From assembly GCF_018350175.1 (NCBI RefSeq), contig NC_058373.1, positions 114,578,001 to 114,642,000 of the forward strand: 64,000 nt of DNA, read 5' to 3'. A program made the translations under genes and the position numbers. The stretch comes from Felis catus (Eukaryota). A model generated the notes under the pieces. That model did not search any database. It was not told where the DNA came from and saw only the letters and a program-made list of their open reading frames with translations. Numbering within the stretch: the stretch's first letter is position 1; the number at the start of each line of letters is the position of its first letter. Of this stretch, positions 37,841 to 48,261 are shown in pieces.

Positions 37841-38154
37841 TAAGCTATATTTATATCTATGCTCATTTAACCCTCTAACAATGTGCTGAAATAGCCACTC
37901 TCTCCCCTTTTACGGATGAGGAGCTTCAGGCTCTGAGCAGTTGTACACTTGCCAAAGATCCTGCTCACCAATTGGTTCTGGTAGACACTATAGGGATGCC
38001 TCAGGAAGGAGAACTCCACAGAACGGGATCTAGAGGGCCCATGGAATTGAAGGAACCCAATTTTAGAGCTGAGAGGGATCTATATTTCAGTTTCCAAGAG
38101 TTTGTGTGACTTGCCTAAGCCTCATGCAGCTACTCCACTTAGGAACTAGTATAG

Positions 38155-38371
38155 GGGGCGCCTGGGTGGCTCAGTCGGTTAAGTGGCCGACTTTGGCTCA
38201 GGTCATGATCTCGTGGTCCGTGAGTTCAAGCCCCACGTCGGGCTCTGTGCTGACAGCTCAGAGCCTGGAGCCTGTTTCCGATTCTGTGTCTCCCTCTCTC
38301 TCTGCCCCTCCCCTGTTCATGCTCTGTCTCTCTGTCTCAAAAATAAATAAATGTTAAAAAAAAAAAAAAAA
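38155..38371 (+). mobile_element. SINEC_Fc
   Basis: TSD GAACTAGTATAG on both sides. Confidence 0.94.
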
Positions 38372-39438
38372 GAACTAGTATAGAATCCACTTATTTTGCT
38401 AGTTCAATGCCATTTCTAGCCGAGTCACAGGTCTCTCTTAGGAGGAAAAGAAAAGAAGTAAGGTTTAACAATTTAAGGTAGGGTCTTAGACTAGAAATGT
38501 TAGAAAACATTGACATGAAAAGAAAGTAAGAAATGGTGGTGGGGGTAGGCCTCAAATATCATCACTAACCAGTCTAGAAGTGGTCAAGGAGATGTTTGTT
38601 ACCCTGTAAAAACCTATGCAATCTCCAGTAGCCACACACTCATCTGGTGTTGGGCATGCTTAAGTGTGTTGGTGTTCAGGTCATTATACAATCATTATTT
38701 CATGGGATGAATGCATTCTGGCAGAGAATTTCTCCCAAACCAATCCTGCATGTTTATGGACTTCCATTATATTCTTATTTATTTTTTAACATTTTTAAGT
38801 AATCTTTTACGCCCTATGTGGGGCCCAAACTGATGACCCTAATATGGAGTCACACGCTCCACCAACTGAGCCAGCAGGGCTCCCCTTGACTTCCATTCGA
38901 AATGAAGCAATTTACTTGGGGATTCTGGGGAATCTTGATAACCAAGTGTTTTAGAGGCCAGTCCGTGACATGTTCAGTGCTAGTTCTGTGGATCTGGAAA
39001 GCTGCTGAACTCACCTAGCATTCATTTCTTCCCTTGCAGTCTTCCCTCGACCACAAAAACGTCTCTCATGCCTAAGGATCCTGGGTTGGCACCCAGATAT
39101 CTTGGTGGTTTACTGCCTTTCTCCAGCCTTGGTGGGGGTACTAACAAAGCCAGCTAGAAAGAGACTTGGAAGCTAGCATTCTATACTTCAACTGGAACAT
39201 TCCATTAGCTCATGGCTTTGGGTTCTAGAAAGGAGCTCGTTTCCCAACTTCAGTAATTTGAAATACTAGATATCCCATTTCCTTACAATGGGACTGTCTT
39301 GTCAACAAGCCCCAAAGGACCCTTCTGCACAGCTCAAGGTAACCCCGTTGAGGGGGTGGAGTGGAGCAACCCTGCAGCTGGTCTCTTGCCATGTCATTGC
39401 TGGCCCCGGGAAGGTTAATCTTTGTCTCTGAGCCTCCG

Positions 39439-39660
39439 TTTTTGTTTTTGTTTTTTTTTTAAATGCTTATTTATTTTTGAGAGAGACAGAAAGAGTGTGA
39501 GTGGGGGAGGGGTAGAGAGAGGGAGACACAGAATCCGAAGCAGGCTCCAGGCTCTGAGCTGTTAAGATAGAGCCCGACGCGGGGCGCTAACTCTTGAACT
39601 GCCACATCATGACCTGAGCCAAAGTCAGACTCTTAACAGACTGAGCCACCCAGGCGTCCC
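39439..39660 (-). mobile_element. CAN-SINE
   Basis: Full element on the minus strand. Confidence 0.92.
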
Positions 39661-40565
39661 TCTCAGCCTCCAGTTCTGAGAGCCATCTTACCACCTTTGC
39701 ACTAAGAGTGAATTGCAATTAATGTGCACATGGTTCAGATTTCTTTTTACAGTTTTCTTCTGTTACATGTGAAATAATTCAAAATTACTTCCAAGCCACC
39801 TGAATTCGTGTTCTTTCATTCTGGTATGAGCGCTCAAGCACAAATGAGCACTTAGACTGAAATATCCCACCTGAGAGAACTGCACAGGTTGTCCAAAGCC
39901 ATTATCTTGCTGCTGTAGGCAAGTCTGGACTCATGGAGCCTCACTTCACCTTAGTGTTTCAACCCTGGCCCACTGCCTTGCTTAGGTCGTAAGAGGTGGA
40001 CGGCCTTCCTTTAGAAGTGTCTATCTTCCTCACAAGAGTCTTGGTTGGCAAGAATTTTTCAGTTAACTAAAAGCGGCAGCTTTACAGGCAAGATATGGAA
40101 GGTCTTTTCTTCTTCTTCTTCTTCTTTTTTTTTTTTTTTTTTAAGGAAAACGCTTGCAAAGCATGCCTGAAACAGGGCAGGGAAAAGCAACTTGTTATTT
40201 GGAAACATGAAAAACTTTCTTTTGGGGCTGTTCGTAATGTTACTTCACTGCATCACTCCCTCCGTTCCAGCCAATAAAAGGGTTAATTCCAGGATCTCAC
40301 TATTCTGAGTCCACGCAAGCCTGCTAAAGGAGACCAAGTAGATACCTCCTCCTACCCTACATTTTATTGTCCAGATGTGACCTTTGTCCCATACCTAGAA
40401 GTGGCAATGACCATTGGCATGGATGTAGAGTACCACAGTTTTTCTTCTAGTCTTCAGAGTGGCTTTGAATTGAGTTTCAACTAGGCGAGAATTAAAACAG
40501 GAAAGAAATGAAGGATCAGGGGTGTCTAAGCAACCAAGTCTTCCCTGGAAGAGAAGAGGAAGCCG

Positions 40566-43435
40566 TGAGAAGTGAATAATAGGTTTATTTGCATATACAC
40601 AAGAGAAGAGCTAGCGTTGCTGGGAGTCACAAGAGGAGGGGCTTGTGAGGAGGTAAGGCTTCAGCAGAGGAAGGCACCTTGACAAACAAGGGATTCCTGG
40701 CTTAGTAAATCAAGCACAGTTGCAACCTTCTTTTGCCCCAAGCCAACTACTCATTTACTGCTGTCCTAGAGACACAGGAATTACTTACAAAACCAGGCAG
40801 AAAATAAAGTGGAAAGAAACGGTTTTACCTCTCTGGACCAGCCACTTAAAAAACTTATATACAGGATACAGGAAAAAAAAAAAAAAAAAAAAAACAACAT
40901 AAGAGGCACTTTCAAATAGTTCTTAATCTAATCAGTGCCATCTGTCCTGCTAGTAAAAATACCATCATGAAAGACTTTGGGGATCAAATGTGCCTCCAAA
41001 GTTGGGGCCTCAGTTCACAAGGATTCTGGAAGTGGTTCCTGCCAGGTTTCCAGGCCTACGATCACAAGACAGGAGATTTCTGGAAGTGAGAGTGGAGTGG
41101 CTATGGAGATAAGCATTTCTCAGCCTGTTCCAGTGAGTGTCTTGTGGGCTTATCTCCTAGCAAGTGGAATCTGGGGTGCTGGGAAGAGTCTCTCCCAAGG
41201 ATAGGAGACATCCTTGCTAAAAACGATCTTTCTTGAACACTAAAACTGAACCAGAATGAACTTTGACTTCTCTTTGGAGAACTCAAATGAAATTAAGGCT
41301 TTTTACATGAAAGACCAAGTTCTGCATTTGGAAACAATAACCACCAAGTGGCTGTTTCCCAAGGGAACTTAACTTCTTTTCCTCTAGGAACAGTGGATTG
41401 TCCTAAGAGAAATCAGAAGAGGCTACCTACTTGATTAGGTAAAACAAAAAGATTAGGGAGGCTGACTAGGAAGGGGAACAGAAACACACACTGAGTGATG
41501 ATATCTTTTTTTTGTATATAAAGGATTAAAAAATTCCAATTTAATAAATTTTGGAAAAGCAAATGTAAAATGACTTGGGCTTATAAAACCAGAATTTACA
41601 ATTATCTGTGAATAGTCAAAGACAAATCATAGAACCATTTTCATTACAAATCCAAAGTAATTCTAATAGTTACAGAATCACTTTCCCACTCCCCCCCCCC
41701 ACCGCCCCCGTGAGATTACAGTTGTTAAATTGTAAGCATCTCCACTGCTACTCATAGTCCCTCATCTCCTTCTCCTAAGACAGTGTTTTCATACCCAAGT
41801 CACATCACACATACCAGGCACGTCTTTCCTTTCACAAAGCTTAGCCAGATGATATCTCCTTTTGGCTGAGATCAACAACCTTCCTTTTATAAATAATCTT
41901 TCTTCCCCCAGCGCCTAAATTCATCCAAGTCTTCATCCTCCACATGGTCCCAGTCCCAGTAGGACGGGCCCTCCTCTAAAAGGAACACTGTATCAGTCAC
42001 ACATTCGGTCCTCTCTACGCCAATGCTGGCCGCGCCCCAAGTGGTCTAGCACATTTGCACCCAAGAAAAGTTACAGTGTGCCTCTCTCCCTCTCTTCCTC
42101 ATTTCTTGCCACGATTCTGCTTTTTCATGACATCTGTGCTGACGAGATATCTGGTCATCCCTAGGTCTTCCTGCTTTGTGCAACTATGACCAAGTGACTG
42201 TAAGGATGGACCACTGTGATGCTGAAAATCTCTTGGTCTTTCCCCCTCTCGGTGAAATGCAGTCTCTGCCAAGAGCCAGGAGCCTTAAACCAGAGACTCT
42301 TCTCTGCCTCCTAACACACCAACTCAACAGGAATCGGTTATTTAGAGATGCCTACTGCTCTGCAAGATCTAGTCAGAACACCACAGCCTCTGCTAGTTGC
42401 AAGCCCGGGGAAAGATGCCAGTTTCCTTCAATTCTGACCAAGCATTTTGGGTTGAATTAAAAGAACATGGCACCACACTCTGCTCTTCACTACACTTCTT
42501 CATTAACATACCTATGACATCTGCTTAAATCGTCTGAGCACCAAGCTCTTCAGAGCTGCCTTTTCCCCCTCCCTTCATCACAGAGGGCCAAGGAAGTGCC
42601 CGCTGGCCTCAAGAGCTCCTCTTAGGAAGTAGTACCTAACGGGTTAAAGCAGTCCCCCATAACTAGTTCTAGTTCATGGCCTCCATACAGAGTGTGGCCC
42701 AGCACTGCTCAATTTGCCATGGGTGAAGTTGACCAGGAATCTACGTTCTCTGGAATCTGATCTCAAGTGCTAACCTCCCATTAGCATTAAAAACACTTCA
42801 CTTTTAGTGTGTCCACATTAAATGCTCAATGAAGAAGTGCTACTGAGAGAAAACATGGAAGGAAAGTTTCCTTCACAAAGGAACCATGTGTTCCTTCCAG
42901 CATGGAAGGCTTGTATCCATTCTCCCCTTCATTTTTTCAGCATAAATCCACAACTCATTGGCAGGGCAGTCGGATTCAGCAGGCACTCACCATTAAGACC
43001 AGAACACTGACAGCATGTAAACAAGGTGAGATGGCAAAAGATACAGATCCATTGATCCTTCCCGTTGGAGAACCAAAAGAAAAGCCTCGGAGACAATGAG
43101 CTCACACGTGCCGGTGAACACACACAAGAACAAGTCAAATGTCTCAACAAGGATTTACTTTAACAAAACGCACAGGTACGCGATGCTCAAGTCTTACTAG
43201 AAAGGAGTCACTTGGATTTCCCCCCCACCTCTCCTTACACAGCACAAGCCAGTGACCAGCTAAACATTCAGACCCATTATTGAATAGAAGGGAGCAGCAT
43301 CAGACACAAAATCTCAGGCCCTGGTTTTATGTGCCTTTAATACTTTTTTTCCTTTTCTCTGCGTTCACTAAACAGGATTAAAAATTTTCTTTGTAAAGCT
43401 ACTTTTCATAGCTTTTTGTTTTCCCTTTGTATTTA
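40566..43435 (-). other. DCAF5: DCAF5 3'UTR (~2.87 kb), longest form
   Basis: SINE-free stretch from the stop codon to AATAAA (40589-40584). The end is placed at a CA about 18 nt downstream of the hexamer (inferred). Confidence 0.75.
40584..40589 (-). terminator. Distal poly(A) signal AATAAA of DCAF5
   Basis: Minus strand reads TGTGTATATGCA-AATAAA-CCTATTATTCACTTCTCA, with UGUA upstream and a pyrimidine-rich tract downstream. Confidence 0.75.
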
Positions 43436-45205
43436 TCATGTTTTTAATTTCTTCTCTGAGGAGGAATTCTCTGAATCTGTATCTTCCAATTCGATTCGGT
43501 GCCTTTTGAGGCCACTGTGGCCGTGAACAGCCCTACTGCTGTCTGTGTCTGGGGGGTCAGTGGGGTCCTCTCTCGTTCCAGCACTGGGGGTCTCACAGGC
43601 CATTTCAGACCCACAACAATCTTTGTGTAGGAGCGTCCCTGTCAGGGACAAGTTATCATGGTCAGTGTCCGAATGTCCTGGGGAAGAGCAGGCCACTGCC
43701 TCCAGCTCCCCGAAGTTCTGCCCATTGTTGTGGGGATGAGGGGGGCGGGGGTGTAAGCGTCCATTGTTGTGGTTGGCACAGATGGTTTCGGGGCTCCGCT
43801 CCTCACTGTCATCAGACTGGGTCCTGGGACAGCTGCCAGACCCACTGCTGAGAGTGGAGCCAGATGCCTTGGGGACAGGAGGAGAGGGCGGCTCCTCAGC
43901 CCGGCTGCTTAGGGCCTTGCTCAGGGCCTTTCCATTGAGCTTCTTGGTTTCGAAAGAATGTTCTACAGAGCTACCATTGTTAGTGTCCTGTGAGGTATCT
44001 TCTGGCGCCTCTGCCCAAGGGTGGCTGCTGTGCTCATGGCCTGGGCCATTGCTGGGATTTCTAGCAGAAGTCCCTTCTTTAAAAGCATCCTTGCTGCGAC
44101 CTTCAGGGGGCAGGTCCTGGTTCCTCTGGGCTATGGTCATGCTTAGACAGGCTTCCTTACTGGAAGAAGGGGCTGGGTTATCCTTGTGGCTGGTTCCGGC
44201 TCTCCCTTCGTCGGCCTCCCCAGCCACGAGGGAGCTCTCTCCATCTTTGTTATTTGAGTAGGAGATATATGAGTAGCGGAGCCACTTGTAAGCCTTATAA
44301 ATTTTTCGTTCAACCGACTCTATGTCGGAGGTTGGCGATGCTCGGCTCGGCTGAATCTCCAGGGTGGAAGTGCCCCGCTCAGGGGAGGACGTCGGGGAGG
44401 AGGAGAGGTCATCCACTTTGATCTGGGGGTAATCGTAGTTGTCTTCTCCAATGTAGGTATTGGCGGGCTTGCTCGCAGGGGTGGGCCTCTCTTCCCGGGG
44501 TGTCTTCTGTCGGCGCCGCATGGCGTTCCGCTGCCGCGTGGAGGTTCGGCGCTCGTTCAGCTCCTCCTGGTCCTCAGAGCTGCTGGAGCTGCTGGAGCTG
44601 CTGGACTCGTCTTCAGGGCTGGGAGACCGCGGCCGGGGGAAGAGATCTGTGTCCAGCTCAACCTCGCAGGCGTTCTCCTCGGAGTCGGACTCGTTGGAGA
44701 GAGCCAGGAGGCGTTTGTCCTGGTAGCGCCGCAGGGCAGACAGGCGCTGCTGGCGAGAGGCTGCGTCCTCGCACGTGGGCGGCGGTGGAGGCGACGCCAC
44801 CGCGTTGGTGGTGGTGACCCGCAGGGGCCCCAGATGGAAGGCGCTGTCGGCATTCTCGTCCACCGTGGGTGGAGGGGAACGGGGCAGCGAGGCTGAGGAC
44901 TCTGAGTCAGTGTAGCCTGAGCGTTCGCTGACCCCAGCGTGCAGCTGGAGTATAGTGCTCTCACTGAGGTCGCTGTCGGAGTCAGAGCTCCAGCCCTCGA
45001 TCTCTCGGCGCACCAACGAGTCAAAGAAGGCCATCATCCGGGGGTCTTCCTGCACGGACTGATTGGCATAGTCGTGTGACAGGCCACTCCCGCTGTTCAG
45101 CACAAGGCTGATGTATTCTTCGTGGGTATAGAGGCAGCGGGAATCATCCTCAATCCGTCCGTCTAGGTCTCCTGTACATCCTGGCTGCTTGTATGGGCTC
45201 CAGAT
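43436..45205 (-). CDS. DCAF5: DCAF5 terminal coding exon (589 codons plus stop): IWSPYKQPGCTGDLDG...SSEKKLKT, mostly a low-complexity Ser/acidic C-terminal tail
   Basis: Long open frame whose peptide I recognise as the DCAF5/WDR22 C-terminus. Acceptor ...ttctgtgcAG|ATC TGG (AG at 45207-45206) is phase 0, matching the upstream exon. Stop TGA at 43438-43436 is followed directly by TAA. The first 25 aa of the track's 614-aa ORF are intronic. Confidence 0.96.
   Translation of the reverse strand: MWSPYKQPGCTGDLDGRIEDDSRCLYTHEEYISLVLNSGSGLSHDYANQSVQEDPRMMAFFDSLVRREIEGWSSDSDSDLSESTILQLHAGVSERSGYTDSESSASLPRSPPPTVDENADSAFHLGPLRVTTTNAVASPPPPPTCEDAASRQQRLSALRRYQDKRLLALSNESDSEENACEVELDTDLFPRPRSPSPEDESSSSSSSSSSEDQEELNERRTSTRQRNAMRRRQKTPREERPTPASKPANTYIGEDNYDYPQIKVDDLSSSPTSSPERGTSTLEIQPSRASPTSDIESVERKIYKAYKWLRYSYISYSNNKDGESSLVAGEADEGRAGTSHKDNPAPSSSKEACLSMTIAQRNQDLPPEGRSKDAFKEGTSARNPSNGPGHEHSSHPWAEAPEDTSQDTNNGSSVEHSFETKKLNGKALSKALSSRAEEPPSPPVPKASGSTLSSGSGSCPRTQSDDSEERSPETICANHNNGRLHPRPPHPHNNGQNFGELEAVACSSPGHSDTDHDNLSLTGTLLHKDCCGSEMACETPSAGTREDPTDPPDTDSSRAVHGHSGLKRHRIELEDTDSENSSSEKKLKT
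44300..45050. other. CpG-rich segment inside the DCAF5 terminal exon
   Basis: Visibly high GC and dense CpGs (e.g. cggcgccgc, ccgcggccgg, ggcggcggtggaggcgacgcc) against a CpG-poor background. Confidence 0.7.
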
Positions 45206-46585
45206 CTGCACAGAAGGCAAAAACAAAACCAAGGAGGCCTGATTGGGAGGTACTCTAAAGCTGGTAGTGATAAAGAACACTAAGGCAGAGTTTCTCCAGA
45301 CCCTCCCCTGCCATTTAGCCAGGATTTGCTAACCAGTTTTAAAAATTTATTCTTTACCAGACCGGATTATGTGGGCCACACATGAAAACCCAGGCTTCTA
45401 GAGTCAGATGTTGGAAAAAGCATTGTCTAGGACACGGCATCAGCCTAGTGTTGGGAAAGCGAAGTCCCGTCTCTAGGCGCAGCACAGTGACACGCCATCT
45501 CCCCTACAGCGCCCCCTCTCCTTTAGCTTCCTGTGTTAGGAGCGTGGAAATTACAACAACCCCCTTCATAATCTTGAAGGGCAGGGGAAGACTTGAAGAT
45601 GGGCCAACGTGCTCAAAACTCTCAGAAGACTGAAGCTGTGCACAGGGAGGTGCCACTTTTCCAAAGTGGAAACAGACCCAGCAGTCAGTCCTCCGTGGTA
45701 GTTAGTATTTCAGCCTATAACTCCACTTCTCCCCAACTGCAACATTTCTATTTTTAACTAATGGGAATTGCTTGTGGAGCTTGATAAGAATAGCCAACTG
45801 CCTACACTGCAGTTCCCTCTTGGACATGCAGGCATCAGTTACCCGGGAAACTGGGTTCTCTTAACCAGGTTGCTGCTGGCCTGCTCCCCAACTCTTCTGT
45901 TAGCTACAGGAATGGGTAGGACATACACCCCAAGACTGGAGCCCCACCCTTTAACAGCCTCCACTCTATCACCAGAGATACAGGCTGACAACCAGAGGAT
46001 CTAGGCAGAGCTAGGTAGGACTCAAACTCAGGTGTGCCTGACTGCAAAGGCCCAACTTTACAAGTGGAATAAGTTATGCAAAAATCCAGTTCAAGGTAAT
46101 TAAGCTGTCACTGCAAATGAGAATGCTTAGCTTCACCTGACTGCCAGACTGGTCCATGGAGCGGCTCACAGAAGCTCAGTTACATCAGCCGGTAGCCATG
46201 GCAACTCAGATGAAATTCCAGGCGATTTTCTTGCCTGACAGGCTGGTGTCTATCTTTAGGCACCCAACCCAGAAAACAGGGCTCTTCATTCTCTAACCTG
46301 GATCAAGACAATGCCTTTGCTTCCCCAAAGCTATCCAAGGACAAATTCACCTCCTTATGAGCACTTTCCTGAGGCCCAACCCTTCCCATGCTTAACTTGT
46401 AACTTCTGGGAGGCAGAATCTCTTTGGAGGATCCCCAGTTCAAAAGGGGCTAGAAAAACCTAAATTAGCTCTTTTCACCAATTCTTACTTTAGATTTATT
46501 CTTCTTTTGACTTTGTTCCCTGCCCACAACTCCTCAGGCGTTCTCCCGTCTCCATCTTCATTATGTGACCCAGGGGAGGTTTAAG

Positions 46586-46746
46586 TAGTGGTTCTCACAA
46601 CCCAAAGTGCGCAAGAATCACCTGAAGAGTCATAACGGTGTTGACTCCTGAGTCCCACCCTTAGAGATTCTGATTCACTACATCACCACTGGCTACCAGG
46701 GCTCTGCATTTTTAACAAGGAGAGACCAACATTTAAGAAACACTAG
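46586..46746. mobile_element. MER5A-like DNA transposon in the DCAF5 last intron
   Basis: tagtggttctca...agaatcacctg...agagattctgattc...ctgcatttttaacaag...tttaagaaacacta. Confidence 0.75.
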
Positions 46747-46768
46747 TATACGGTTAGAAAATAGTGGA

Positions 46769-47139
46769 GGGGCACATGTGTGGCTCAGTCTGTTAAGCAT
46801 CTGACTCTTGATTTCAGCTCAGGTCATGATCTCATGGTTCATGAGTTTGAGCTCTACATCGGGCTCTGTTGCTGACAAGGCAGAGCCTACTTGGGATTCT
46901 CTCTCCCCCTCTCTCTCTGCGCCACCCCCACTCTCTCTCTCAAAAATAAATATAGAAAAAAAATTTATTTTTGAGAGAGCACAAGTGGGGGGGGGGCAGA
47001 GAGAGGGGGACAGAGGATGCAAAGCAGGCTCCATGCTGACAGCAGCGAGCCTGATGTGGGGCTCAAACTCACAAACCGTGAGATCATGACTTGAGCTGAA
47101 GTCAGACGCTCAACTGACTGAGCCATGCAGGCACCCCCC
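46769..47139. mobile_element. Tail-to-tail CAN-SINE pair (46769-46955 +, 46960-47139 -)
   Basis: Two heads at the outer ends, joined at A/T tails. Confidence 0.9.
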
Positions 47140-48261
47140 AAAAAAAACTTAAAAAAAAAAAAAAAGTTAAGTAGCAGAAAATAAAGGATTTTTCTGAGAT
47201 TCTCAAATTCTTTGTGAGACCCAAAGTTTGGGAAACATTCAGATATGGCCTTCAACAACAGGCTCAAGCTACGAATGACTATCTCTGCAAACAAATGTCC
47301 AAGGGAAAAGTTTGGTGGCTTAGGAAGGAAACTGGAGGGATTCCAAAGGCAAAGTCCTTAGGACTTTTTGGGGCCTCATTCTATATTCTGGGCCAGATCT
47401 CTTACTTTCTCAGTTTAAAAATGGTAAAATGTTACTAACCATGTTATCTAATATAAAGATGAATCTATATGTGCATCACAGAAACACAGAATTTGTTAAC
47501 AGAAGTACAAAATATTGAAGGTGGGATGCTGATCCAACTATCCAACAAACCAGTTTCTAGGTTCTTTCTGATCTATTACCCAGCCTCCTATTTCTTCCTT
47601 CAGGAATGAAAATCATTAACACTGAAAGTCAGCTTTTATTTGGGCTCTGGAATGTATTAAGCTGAGGTAGACTTTCATTCCTGAAGCTTAGAGTAATGGA
47701 ACAAACCACTGGATCAGGAGACAGGAGACTTGAGTGTGGGTTCCCACTCAATTCCTAGTTAGCTGGTTGACCTTGGATAAAGCTCAACCCCCTGATCTAA
47801 ACAGTGAATTAGATGGGTCTTATCCAATCCTAGGATTCAGAGCAAAACAAAACCATCATGCCAGACAGCCAGTTTTCAGTCCTCAAGGGACTTGTAGCAC
47901 AGAGCTGCTGGGGCCAACAGAAGGGGTAGGAACCCCAGCTCTGTGGCCTCACATAGCCCTGGGCAAATGACTTCACTCTCGAAAGCCTCTTTTCTCATCT
48001 GTAGAAATGAAAATGATGAAATGACATAACCTATACCACAGCACAACAAAACATGGTGCTTTCTCTTTCACTTGGCAGCTGAACACCTTAACTAGAAAGT
48101 CTCAGACCCATCCTCAGAGAGACTTTTGAACATCAGAAGGACTGACTGTCGCTATTATCTTAGTCCTCATCCTTAAAATGTCAGTTTCAAATATTTATGA
48201 AAGTGGTTATTTCTTTCCACTGAAACAACTCAGAAGTAAAGCAACAAAAACACAACTTCCT

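Noticed and set aside
43545..45024. Overlapping and antisense ORFs within the DCAF5 last exon (165 aa +, 155 aa -, 105 aa + and others)
   Set aside because: Expected shadows of a GC-rich coding exon with few off-frame stops; no independent evidence.
45206..45280. N-terminal 25 aa of the 614-aa ORF as a single-exon gene start
   Set aside because: Non-ATG start lying in the intron's polypyrimidine tract. The real exon begins at the acceptor at 45205.
45493..45522. CTCF-like CAGCGCCCCCT motif
   Set aside because: Only half the core matches; the required GGTGG/AGTGG side is absent.
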